Virus record (IMG/VR): IMGVR_UViG_3300003690_003155
Location: 32,001-96,000 of that record
Origin: a virus
Strand: one strand, 5' to 3'
DNA: 64,000 nt
Shown: in pieces, positions 9,643 to 18,582 of the stretch
Layout: the number at the start of each line of letters is the position of its first letter
Numbering within the stretch: the stretch's first letter is position 1
Position numbers and translations under genes: made by a program
Notes under the pieces: model-generated
The model's input: only the letters and a program-made list of their open reading frames with translations
Databases searched by the model: none
Told to the model about the DNA's origin: nothing

Positions 9643-10880
9643 GGTCCAGGAGGCTTAGTACCTCGAGTTTCACCAAACGACGGGTCGTTTGGATCTTCTA
9701 AGGGATTCTTCCGGGCTTCCTGATCCCGTAGGGCTTGTACATATGCTCGTTTCTGTTGTTTCGGGCTTTGATCTTTCAAAGGTGGTGTAACCGCCGGTCG
9801 AGTTGGTTTCTTCGGCTCCCATGCCTGGCCAGCTTTAAAGAAACTAGGGTTGTCACCTGGTCCCATAAATGCTCCTTCAGATTTACCAGTTCTTTCAACT
9901 AAATCACCAGTTTGAATGCCTATTTTTGACTTTTGTTCCGGAGTCATTACATCACCAGGTCCTATGAGCGTGGATTTACCGTTAACCTTGTATACACCTT
10001 TACTCTTAGCATCCGGTTTTTTTGCACTCGGACTTGGCGGAACTTCGGCAGTCCATATATCATCAGACCAATCTCCTTTTGTTTTATCTAAAGCTGGATT
10101 ATATTTTCCAGGCTCTGGTGCTGGTGCTGGTGCAGGCGGCGGAGGAGGAGCTGCTTCTATATGTGGAGTGAGTACCTCATAACGCGAAAATCTCCATTTA
10201 ACAGAAATAGAACCAGTATCCATTTCACCAGTATATTCGTTTACACCTGCATCATTTATTTGATAAGGTATACAATCTTTATACTTATAAATTTTACGTA
10301 CAACTGGACTGCTAGAACCTGGTGATCCAAATAACATAGACATAAAACTTGTTTTACGAGATGTAACCATTTGTTTTGATAAGAAAAATATATCTATATT
10401 TGCTGTAAGAACAGGCTTATCTATATTTCCATATACTCCATATAATTGAGCCCATGGTCTAAATATACCATCAATAACACTAACATTAGTTTCGTAAAAT
10501 TGAACATCAAGATCATTATCAGGATAATCATGACTCTCCATAAAAGGACCTGTAGGTAAAATACCATTAATAGTTTTTCCTCTATTTTGTACAGTATTGT
10601 GTTCAGTCGTTGTATCAACACCTGTAGCTAAGAACATATATCCTCCTCCCTTACCAAAAAACTTTTCATGAACTTTTCTATTTGTATCAATACCTGGTTT
10701 AGTATTAAATGGACGTAAACCTAATTTTTTAATTGCTTTATCATTTATAGATGCAGGGAGGTTATCAATAGACACTAAGAAGAAGTTTTGTGCAGCGGGA
10801 AATGTAGAAAAATCCTGTAATAGTTCAAAGAAAGTTTCTCTTAGATTTCTTGCATCTGATGGAGGTAATTTAACGTCCAT
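9639..10880 (-). CDS. Tail tube initiator (gp54-like) with Pro/Lys-rich C-terminal extension
   Basis: Tube-like fold (LDVQFYET...IYKYKDCIPYQI...ISVKWRFSRY) directly after gp19, followed by APPPPPAPAPAPEP and about 170 low-complexity residues. Confidence 0.55.
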   Translation of the reverse strand: MDVKLPPSDARNLRETFFELLQDFSTFPAAQNFFLVSIDNLPASINDKAIKKLGLRPFNTKPGIDTNRKVHEKFFGKGGGYMFLATGVDTTTEHNTVQNRGKTINGILPTGPFMESHDYPDNDLDVQFYETNVSVIDGIFRPWAQLYGVYGNIDKPVLTANIDIFFLSKQMVTSRKTSFMSMLFGSPGSSSPVVRKIYKYKDCIPYQINDAGVNEYTGEMDTGSISVKWRFSRYEVLTPHIEAAPPPPPAPAPAPEPGKYNPALDKTKGDWSDDIWTAEVPPSPSAKKPDAKSKGVYKVNGKSTLIGPGDVMTPEQKSKIGIQTGDLVERTGKSEGAFMGPGDNPSFFKAGQAWEPKKPTRPAVTPPLKDQSPKQQKRAYVQALRDQEARKNPLEDPNDPSFGETRGTKPPGP

Positions 10881-10897
10881 ACAAATATTTAAGGCTA

Positions 10898-11488
10898 TTA
10901 ACCTAATACTGCACCAGCTAATTTACCAATAGCGTTAACTGCAGTGTTAAGTTCATTATCTCTCCTGAAGAATTGATACGCTACAGTTATGGTAACAGTC
11001 GCGACTTCACCATCACCAGTAATGTTATAACCTATATCACCACAGTCTGTAGGGAACACACCGTATAGCTTATATGTACGTAATGGTTCAAATTGAGTAT
11101 CTAATTGAACTAAAGTAACTGTACTGTTATTATGAAGTACTCCATCACCAGAGGTTGTTTCATCGTTATAAGTTTCAGTTATCCAATTTTCCATTGCAAT
11201 ACGAGCTTGAGTTGTTGCATCACAATAAAAGTCAATAGTAAAGGCATCGCTTGAATTATATGACACAGTGCCAGGAATTCGGAAGTTAAATCCATTATAA
11301 GGAACATCTTTTGTTGCAATTGTTTTACCGGGTAATGTAGCTGCCGTGGCATACACTAAATCGTCTTCTGTAAATACAGGTGTACCTTTATTAGAAACGT
11401 CTAATACACGAAACTGAAAGTCACGCGCAAAGTCTCTCGTTTGCGCTACTTTGTAAAAATCTTGAATTGTTTGTTTGATATCAGCCAT
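10898..11488 (-). CDS. gp19: Tail tube protein
   Basis: FARDFQFRV, ATLPGK, VPYNGFNFRIPG, YKLYGVFPT, VTITVAYQFF; directly after the sheath gene. Confidence 0.88.
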   Translation of the reverse strand: MADIKQTIQDFYKVAQTRDFARDFQFRVLDVSNKGTPVFTEDDLVYATAATLPGKTIATKDVPYNGFNFRIPGTVSYNSSDAFTIDFYCDATTQARIAMENWITETYNDETTSGDGVLHNNSTVTLVQLDTQFEPLRTYKLYGVFPTDCGDIGYNITGDGEVATVTITVAYQFFRRDNELNTAVNAIGKLAGAVLG

Positions 11489-11519
11489 GATGTTATAATT
11501 ATTTAGTTTTTACTTTAAT

Positions 11520-14180
11520 TTATTGTCCAACTATCTCCTCAAAATTAACCTCTGTGTTAACAGCATAAAAGTTAACCAATATAAACTCTGCCGCGCGAAC
11601 AGGCTTCAAATAGATATCTACTCTCAACTCGTTTTGATCAATAACAGAAGGTGGGTTATTCCTTTCGTCACAAACAATAAGGTAATCATAAACACCTTCT
11701 GTTTGTTTGCAGTTCTCAAAAATCGGTGTTAATGTATTAACGACCTTAGTCCTTGTTAGGAACGTATTAGGTTCAAAGACAAAGAATTTCAAGGTCTGCC
11801 GGGTTCTTTTCTCTAAATCAAGAAACAGTCTACGAACATTAACTCTATCAAATGCCGTGGGTTTCCGTTGTAATGTCTTTTGACCAAATACAATAATACC
11901 TTCAGCGGGGAATTGTGTAACAGGATTAATAGCAATCCTATATAATTGATCTCTTTGACGTTGTGTCGGGCTAACCGCAATATCATTTACACCTGTGACA
12001 ACGCCGCGATTGAAACCAGCCGGTGCATACCATGGTGCAAAGTTTGAATCATTATTAGCATAAATTTTAGCTGCAACACCAGAGAACGGAATCCAGATTT
12101 GCTTACCACTTGTACCGTCCCAGACTTTTGCCCAGTTACCGTAAGTTGTAGCGAAGTTACTATTAGCAATACCAAATTGATGTCTTAATGGCCAGTATAC
12201 ATGCTTACTAAAGTTTTTAGTTTTATCATCAAGAACTTTACCAGCTTCACCTTGTACAACTAATGGCCTAAGCGCATCAGCAATAAAGATATGATCTTTT
12301 CTCGTCTGTCGAGCAAATGTCTCAAATCTATTAAAGATAGTTCTATAATTATCTCTTTGAGTTATGTAGGTTGATCCTATCATATTTTGATCTGGTGTAA
12401 AGAACCCTGTACTTGTTCCACCAACATCTTGAAAATCAGTATCAATAAAGGACTCGCTATTATTTGCCGCAAATGCATGTATTGTACCTAACCCAGCTTC
12501 AATAGAAACATCAATAGTAAATACATCAACATTCTGAGCAATTTCAAATATTCTATCTAATTTATCAGGAATACTGCCAACAAATTTAGTTGTATTATTA
12601 GTTGTATGATATACACCTAATGGAAATAATCCTTGTATTACTTCATAGTTTGGCGAATCGGTGCCATCTAAAGGCCCGCCAGAACCAACTACACTGTTTA
12701 AAATTGCAGCGTTACTATTACTAGCATGAGCAACTCTAACTGTCTTTGTAGGAACGTCTCCAACTGTTGAAGTCCAATCTCCACTGTATTCACTAATATT
12801 TGGATTTATTAAAATTTTTATATTTGGCGACGCATTATCTTGATCTTCAAGGAAAAATGATCTTTGTTGACCTCCGTTCTCGTTTTGGACTTTTCGTCTA
12901 GAGTTAAGAGATCCAGTATATCCTTCTGCTAAGAAATTAGTTAATTCTAATTCAGAATTAGCAAACGGTGTATTTCGAATTTTGAAAACACCTAAACTTA
13001 TGGTGTCGAGAAATTCTGGACCGTCAATATCAAATTTAGAAAATGTTTCTAAAGTTTTACTTGTACTACTCTTTTCTTCTGTGGCCAGGCTAGTTAAATT
13101 AAATCCTATTCTAGATCCTGGGACTGTTGCATATCCTGTTCCGGAAATTTCAGTTGCTGTACTAGTAGTAGTATATACTGCATTTACTGTATCAAAGTTA
13201 GTTGCAGGATTACTATTAGAACCATCAGCTGTTCCAACATAATAACCTTCGAAATTATTATTAGTTATTGTAGCTCCTTTATTTAGTACAATAATACCTG
13301 CTCCAGCCGTGCTTGTAAAATCACCAGTAAATGGAGCACCTTCAGGTGAACCTCCGATGTTTCCGTCATTACTCCAAGTTATGTTACCTTTGCTTGCCGA
13401 ATTAAATTGAGCTTCAGTTAACTCAACAAGAGTAGGAGATCCGATAACATAATAATCTGCAGCACTTAAAGAGCTGTTTGAATCATCAAGAGCGCCAACG
13501 TCATTACTTTGTACTTGACCGGTAACAAGAGTTTTACCTATTATACTAGCAGCAAAATTAGCATCTGAATAAGAACTGACTCCAGTGGTTGTTAAATCTT
13601 TACCCATTGCACCGGTGTTGGCCGCTGATAATCGAAATACTGCCGTTGAATCTGGTGAGGAGGCGAGCATGCCACTAAGACCGGTCATCGAAGTATTAAC
13701 AAAAGATAAAGTGTCATTAGAATCCTTCATCACTAATTCAATATTAATAGTATCAGTTGAAAGGGTGTCTGTGACTGTTATTTCCGTGCCCGCAGTAGTA
13801 GAGAGATCGATCCAGCTGCCATTGGTAGTATCAACGGCTGTTATAGTTGCTGTTGTTGGAGATGCGACAGGATAAACTAGAGCAGAATATTTTCGATCGC
13901 CGGTCGAGGAACCATAAGGTAACCGAGAGACAAAAACATTTGCGTCGCTATTAAAGACTTGTCGCGTAGAATGATAAAAATATCTCTCAGCTGCGTTTGT
14001 AGGTTTGCCGTAAATTTCTTCAAATTCCGCGAATGTGCCTACATTAAAAACCTCGTCTGTAGGTCCTTGATTGGAAAATCCAGCGACAAATACACCAGTA
14101 CCTACTGGCGCTGCAGGCCGTTGCGTCAAATCAATTTCTCTTATTTCTACTCCAGGTGATTGGATTGTTCTTCTACTCAT
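11520..14180 (-). CDS. gp18: Tail sheath protein
   Basis: SPGVEIREIDLT, GPTDE, PWYAPAGFNRG, FGQKTLQ, AFDRVNVRRLF, FEPN, KPVRAAEFI. Confidence 0.97.
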   Translation of the reverse strand: MSRRTIQSPGVEIREIDLTQRPAAPVGTGVFVAGFSNQGPTDEVFNVGTFAEFEEIYGKPTNAAERYFYHSTRQVFNSDANVFVSRLPYGSSTGDRKYSALVYPVASPTTATITAVDTTNGSWIDLSTTAGTEITVTDTLSTDTINIELVMKDSNDTLSFVNTSMTGLSGMLASSPDSTAVFRLSAANTGAMGKDLTTTGVSSYSDANFAASIIGKTLVTGQVQSNDVGALDDSNSSLSAADYYVIGSPTLVELTEAQFNSASKGNITWSNDGNIGGSPEGAPFTGDFTSTAGAGIIVLNKGATITNNNFEGYYVGTADGSNSNPATNFDTVNAVYTTTSTATEISGTGYATVPGSRIGFNLTSLATEEKSSTSKTLETFSKFDIDGPEFLDTISLGVFKIRNTPFANSELELTNFLAEGYTGSLNSRRKVQNENGGQQRSFFLEDQDNASPNIKILINPNISEYSGDWTSTVGDVPTKTVRVAHASNSNAAILNSVVGSGGPLDGTDSPNYEVIQGLFPLGVYHTTNNTTKFVGSIPDKLDRIFEIAQNVDVFTIDVSIEAGLGTIHAFAANNSESFIDTDFQDVGGTSTGFFTPDQNMIGSTYITQRDNYRTIFNRFETFARQTRKDHIFIADALRPLVVQGEAGKVLDDKTKNFSKHVYWPLRHQFGIANSNFATTYGNWAKVWDGTSGKQIWIPFSGVAAKIYANNDSNFAPWYAPAGFNRGVVTGVNDIAVSPTQRQRDQLYRIAINPVTQFPAEGIIVFGQKTLQRKPTAFDRVNVRRLFLDLEKRTRQTLKFFVFEPNTFLTRTKVVNTLTPIFENCKQTEGVYDYLIVCDERNNPPSVIDQNELRVDIYLKPVRAAEFILVNFYAVNTEVNFEEIVGQ

Positions 14181-14185
14181 AGTAA

Positions 14186-14202
14186 ACCTTTACAAATATT
14201 TA
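14186..14202 (-). promoter_or_regulatory. Late promoter plus Shine-Dalgarno-like AAAGGT for gp18
   Basis: Minus strand reads TAAATA-tttgt-AAAGGT-ttact-ATG. Confidence 0.6.
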
Positions 14203-14226
14203 TTGTTTTCCGCTGACATATTTTAG

Positions 14227-14253
14227 TTGATTTGGCGAAATAAGCATTATAAT
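14227..14253 (+). promoter_or_regulatory. Sigma70-like promoter for rmlA
   Basis: TTGATT-N15-TATAAT-N8-ATG. Confidence 0.5.
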
Positions 14254-14261
14254 ATAAATAT

Positions 14262-15140
14262 ATGAAGGGCATCATCTTAGCTGGAGGTACTGGATCAAGA
14301 GTTTATCCTAGTACAAAAACAGTTTCAAAGCAACTTTTGCCTATTTATGACAAGCCTACAATTTATTATCCCCTATCGACTTTAATAAAATTAGGTATTA
14401 AAGATATAATGATTATAACAAATGCTCAAGCATATCCTCATTTGTTACATTTGTTTAATCAAGCAGATAAGACAGTCGATCCATGGACGAATCGTCGACC
14501 GTATTTAGGGATTAATTTTACTTTTAAAGTACAACTGTATCCAGCTGGTATAGCTGAGGCGTTAATTATTGCTGAACAATGGCAAGGAAGTGAGGATGTT
14601 TGTTTGATTTTAGGTGATAATATTTTTACGGGTATTACATTACCGGAATTCAGAGGGGCAAGTATTGTTGGTTATAAGGTAAAGAACCCGTCATTATATG
14701 GTGTTGTTGCTTTTAGCGATGATAAAGAAATTCTTTCTTTAGAAGAAAAACCAGAATGTCCAAAAAGTAATTATGCAATAACAGGTATTTATTTTTATGA
14801 TTTAACTGCGGGGGAAAGAGCCCGGCAATTAAAACCTTCTGATCGTGGAGAATTAGAAATAACTGATTTAAATAAAAATTATTTAAATGATAGCTTATTG
14901 CAATTAAATTTATTAGATAGTAATGATGCATGGTTTGATACCGGGGATCCTGATGAAATGTTTGCGGCATCGATGTATGTAAAATCTATACAAGATAGAA
15001 CTAATACAATGATTGGTTGTATTGAAGGTGAATCATGGAAGCAGGGAAATATTACCGAACAGCAATTTAAAAAGATTGTTGAAAAAATGCCTAGTTGTTC
15101 TTATAAGACTAATGCTGCTATGAGCTATTTTTGGGGATAA
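14262..15140 (+). CDS. rmlA: Glucose-1-phosphate thymidylyltransferase
   Basis: MKGIILAGGTGSRVYP, SKQLLPIYDKP, LILGDNIF, PSDRGELEITD, AWFDTG. Confidence 0.97.
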   Translation: MKGIILAGGTGSRVYPSTKTVSKQLLPIYDKPTIYYPLSTLIKLGIKDIMIITNAQAYPHLLHLFNQADKTVDPWTNRRPYLGINFTFKVQLYPAGIAEALIIAEQWQGSEDVCLILGDNIFTGITLPEFRGASIVGYKVKNPSLYGVVAFSDDKEILSLEEKPECPKSNYAITGIYFYDLTAGERARQLKPSDRGELEITDLNKNYLNDSLLQLNLLDSNDAWFDTGDPDEMFAASMYVKSIQDRTNTMIGCIEGESWKQGNITEQQFKKIVEKMPSCSYKTNAAMSYFWG

Positions 15141-15149
15141 ATATTAATA

Positions 15150-15488
15150 ATGAAAATCGTTACATATATGAAACCATCATGTGGCTGGAGTAATGGAGTT
15201 CGATCTATAATGCGCAAGTACGATTTGCCATTTGAAGATCGCGACATTATAAATGACTCTGAATACCGTCAGGAAATGATTCAGAAAACTGGTCAAATGT
15301 TGCAACCTTGTGTTGAGGTAGACGGTAAAATGTTGGTGGATGTTAGCGGTGAGGAGGTTGAAGCTTATTTATTAGCTAACGATTTTGTAACTGCTAGCAG
15401 TGGTGAGGCTGATGCCCCTACAAATAAAGCGTGTGCAAAGCATGAACCGGATGAAGCATCGATTGATTTTGGCCAGCCTCGAATGTAG
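15150..15488 (+). CDS. Monothiol-type glutaredoxin (CGWS)
   Basis: YMKPSCGWSNGVR, TGQMLQPCVEVDG thioredoxin-fold pattern. Confidence 0.85.
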   Translation: MKIVTYMKPSCGWSNGVRSIMRKYDLPFEDRDIINDSEYRQEMIQKTGQMLQPCVEVDGKMLVDVSGEEVEAYLLANDFVTASSGEADAPTNKACAKHEPDEASIDFGQPRM

Positions 15489-15494
15489 TTAATT

Positions 15495-16064
15495 ATGGCT
15501 GGTGATCTTTTTAATCTTTCACGAGACGTGGAAGCTTCTATTATTCCAGCAGGTGATAAAGTCACTTTAGCAGAAGGAGTTCCTGCTTATATGACTCAAT
15601 CATTAGGAGGGTCATATACTGTTGTAGTTAATGGCAATATGTATCGCGTTGAGGGTAAAGACGCAGATGCATTGGGTGTTGAACCAGAAGCGACGCCAGC
15701 TGATGGAGCGGCTCGAGCCACAACTGAAGGAGAATTAGATGATCAGATTTGGGAGCAATTAAAAACGGTTTATGATCCAGAAATTCCAGTAAACTTAGCT
15801 GATTTAGGGTTGATTTATAGCCGCAAAGCTTCTCCTCTTTATGATGAAGTAACGTTTAAGCCTACTGGGGCGTGGCGAGTTGATATAAAAATGACTTTAA
15901 CGGCACCTGGTTGTGGTATGGGACCAATGCTTCAAGATGATGTTAAAAATAAAGTATTATGTATTAAGGGTGTCGATGAGGTAGATGTTCAATTAGTTTG
16001 GGACCCACCTTGGGGTAATGACATGATGTCAGATGAGGCTAAATTAGAGCTTGGAATGTTATGA
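15495..16064 (+). CDS. sufT: Fe-S cluster assembly protein SufT (DUF59)
   Basis: TQSLGGSYTV, YDPEIPVNLADLGLIY, MTLTAPGCGMG, LVWDPPW, MSDEAKLELG. Confidence 0.93.
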   Translation: MAGDLFNLSRDVEASIIPAGDKVTLAEGVPAYMTQSLGGSYTVVVNGNMYRVEGKDADALGVEPEATPADGAARATTEGELDDQIWEQLKTVYDPEIPVNLADLGLIYSRKASPLYDEVTFKPTGAWRVDIKMTLTAPGCGMGPMLQDDVKNKVLCIKGVDEVDVQLVWDPPWGNDMMSDEAKLELGML

Positions 16065-16066
16065 TC

Positions 16067-16282
16067 TTAAATTTGAGTTCCGACTGTTCCTTTAATATTA
16101 TAATATTGTAAGTATTTTCTTACTTCATTAATATCTACAAAATATTCCGGTAACAATTCTCCGTCTTTACGTACCTCTGAACTTGATACAATAAACTGTC
16201 CAGTGCTTTCTATAATAACTGTTTTATTTTTAGTATTATATATAAAGTCAGGGTATGATTCCATTAGTGTCTTCATATCCAT
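16067..16282 (-). CDS. Hypothetical protein (71 aa)
   Basis: Tightly coupled downstream of the gp3-like gene. Confidence 0.65.
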   Translation of the reverse strand: MDMKTLMESYPDFIYNTKNKTVIIESTGQFIVSSSEVRKDGELLPEYFVDINEVRKYLQYYNIKGTVGTQI

Positions 16283-16284
16283 AA

Positions 16285-16854
16285 TTAAATTAATTTTGCT
16301 TCTATTTTTGTAAACTCAAAAGTTGCAGAAGAAACAATTTCAGCTTCGTTAGTATAGTCCCAATTTATTTCAGCGAGTCTAGTTGGAAATGCCCCGATAT
16401 AATCCCATTGTATTTTTCTATTTTCATATTCATCTAAACCGTATACTGTTAAGTTAGATGCATAAATTGGTAGTTGCTGGTTAGGTTTGGTGTATTTTAT
16501 AATCTTGTCTTCGTTAAAGTGCCCGGTCTTTACATCATTAATAATATCAAGCCATTTATATATTGCCCAATAATTTTTAAACTCATTATCTACTTTAAAA
16601 TCTATATTTAAAGGATCATATGACGGTCGCGCATGTGAGCTTACTTTTATAGTTTGTGCACCATATGGAAGAGTTTTTTCAGGTACACTTATGACTGGAG
16701 TCACAGCACCAGCAATACTTATCTCTAAACTATTTGCGTCAATTTTATTTGTATTTCTAGTTATATTATCTACAATTTCTTTTATACCTTCAGGTAGATT
16801 TAAAACTAATATAAATTTATCTTGTCTATTTTTATTGAGTGGGGCTTGATTCAT
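16285..16854 (-). CDS. gp3: Tail completion / tube terminator (gp3-like)
   Basis: KFILVL, YDPLNIDFKVDNEFKNYWAIYKWL, GAFPTRLAEINW, ATFEF. Confidence 0.75.
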   Translation of the reverse strand: MNQAPLNKNRQDKFILVLNLPEGIKEIVDNITRNTNKIDANSLEISIAGAVTPVISVPEKTLPYGAQTIKVSSHARPSYDPLNIDFKVDNEFKNYWAIYKWLDIINDVKTGHFNEDKIIKYTKPNQQLPIYASNLTVYGLDEYENRKIQWDYIGAFPTRLAEINWDYTNEAEIVSSATFEFTKIEAKLI

Positions 16855-18569
16855 ACTCTAACATATCCTCTTTCTTCTAAGTCTGCCATATCTGTATTAT
16901 AATTAGGTCCTTGATCCTGTTCTAAAATATTTATGTTCTTAAAGTAAACTGGAGGAGGTTTCCATGTATCATCAATATTTTGCATTTTATAATCTTGTAG
17001 AAAATTGCTAAACTTTTGATCAATGTATGGTCCTAGTTCTATTTTTGCAGGACGTTGATTGTCATCAATTTCTATAACATTATAATATTTTTGTATAACA
17101 CTATTTTCTAAAATTAATAACGCCCAGACCATAGCCATTACTCGGTCGTCGAAATCAAATCCAGGTTGCGCTGCCCAAGACCCATTAGGGTATCGTACGA
17201 AATTTTTAAGTTCTATTACTGCTGGTTTTGATCTTATGTCAACACATTTGAGCTCATTAATCCAATATCTCATATTAGTTATACCTTTATATTTGGTATT
17301 AGTATGAGCATAAACTCCTAGTCTGTCGAATTTAACTTGCCCTACTTTAGGAGACCAATTAACTATACTTCTATAATTATATTGATGATATAGGTTATCT
17401 ACGACTTGGCTGCCACAATTATTTCTCTCTATTAATACTGGGGGCGTACCCCAATGGTAACATATATCACGAACTTTAGTAGTAAACTCAAACGGGTTAA
17501 TTTCATTACTTACATATTCTGCAACTTGTTTTATATCCTGTAAATCAGTTATATCTAAAACTTGTATAACGCTATAATTTTGTCCGATGCCTTCTGCTAC
17601 GTCGACACCTATAGTATATAAATGATCTTTATCTGGTTCATCCCATACACAGTAACATCCATCATCAAACATATATGTAGGTTCTTTTGTCCTAGCGGTA
17701 AGCTGCTCGTAAAAGAGTTCATCGATAAAGGAGTCACCAGTATCAAGAAACTTACAATCAAACTCTTGCGCAAAGGCTTCTTCACTGCCTATAGATTTTA
17801 TAGTATCTTTTTTCCATTGTTCATCTCTACCAGGAACTTCATGCCATAATATTTTTTCTGAATGCCAATTATTTGTTCCTTTTTCTGCTTCTGTATATAA
17901 TGTAAAAAATAAATTACCGCTTCCGTTAGGAGTAGATGCTACGAATATTTTAGATTTTGTTGATGAAGAAATAATAGGATATACTGAGCTCCAAAACTGC
18001 TCAACGAGATTATTTGGAATAAACGCTAACTCATCTAGAATTAATACGTTAACAGATTCTCCTCGACCAGCATCTGAGCTCGTTGTACTAATACCAATAC
18101 TGCTACCGTTTGCTAATTTCATAGAAGTCTTACCATACTCTACAACTCCTGGTTTTAGATAATTTGGTAAATTTTCGTATGCGAGCCTAACTCTTCCAAA
18201 AATACTAATAGCTGTTTGTTCTTTATTAGCGACAATTAATATGCGTTGATCGTCTTGAAAGCAAGCAATCCATAAGGCATAAATTGTCATCATAGTAGTT
18301 TTCCCAGTTTGTCTGCTAGCTAAACAAGCTACAAATCTATGATCTCTTAAACTACGTAATATTCTTCTCTGAAAAGGATATAACTGTATTTTCATCTTAC
18401 CTTGATCGAGATTTACAATGTGAAAAAACCCTTCTGCAAAGTGAATAATATTCTGTCTTGCCTTTTTGAGTGACTTGACCATCTCTGGAGTCCATTCAAA
18501 CTCCATATCAGGGTTAGGTAAGTTTATGTTACCTAAATAAAATTTATCGTCTTTTTTTAGCCTCGGCAC
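16851..18569 (-). CDS. gp17: Terminase large subunit
   Basis: FYLGNINL, LYPFQ, SRQTGKTT, LILDELAF, STPNG, FAQEFDCKF, IGVDVAEG, IERNN, DDRVMA; GTG start. Confidence 0.97.
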   Translation of the reverse strand: MPRLKKDDKFYLGNINLPNPDMEFEWTPEMVKSLKKARQNIIHFAEGFFHIVNLDQGKMKIQLYPFQRRILRSLRDHRFVACLASRQTGKTTMMTIYALWIACFQDDQRILIVANKEQTAISIFGRVRLAYENLPNYLKPGVVEYGKTSMKLANGSSIGISTTSSDAGRGESVNVLILDELAFIPNNLVEQFWSSVYPIISSSTKSKIFVASTPNGSGNLFFTLYTEAEKGTNNWHSEKILWHEVPGRDEQWKKDTIKSIGSEEAFAQEFDCKFLDTGDSFIDELFYEQLTARTKEPTYMFDDGCYCVWDEPDKDHLYTIGVDVAEGIGQNYSVIQVLDITDLQDIKQVAEYVSNEINPFEFTTKVRDICYHWGTPPVLIERNNCGSQVVDNLYHQYNYRSIVNWSPKVGQVKFDRLGVYAHTNTKYKGITNMRYWINELKCVDIRSKPAVIELKNFVRYPNGSWAAQPGFDFDDRVMAMVWALLILENSVIQKYYNVIEIDDNQRPAKIELGPYIDQKFSNFLQDYKMQNIDDTWKPPPVYFKNINILEQDQGPNYNTDMADLEERGYVRV

Positions 18570-18582
18570 TATAAATATTTAC
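18570..18582. promoter_or_regulatory. Bidirectional late promoter in a 13-bp intergenic gap
   Basis: tataaatatttac contains the palindrome TAAATATTTA: TAAATA-N5-ATG on + and TAAATA-N6-GTG on -. Confidence 0.75.

Noticed and set aside
10110-10155. Short tandem repeats (ggtgct)n and (gga)n
   Set aside because: They simply encode the PPPPPAPAPAPEP linker and are not an independent repeat element.
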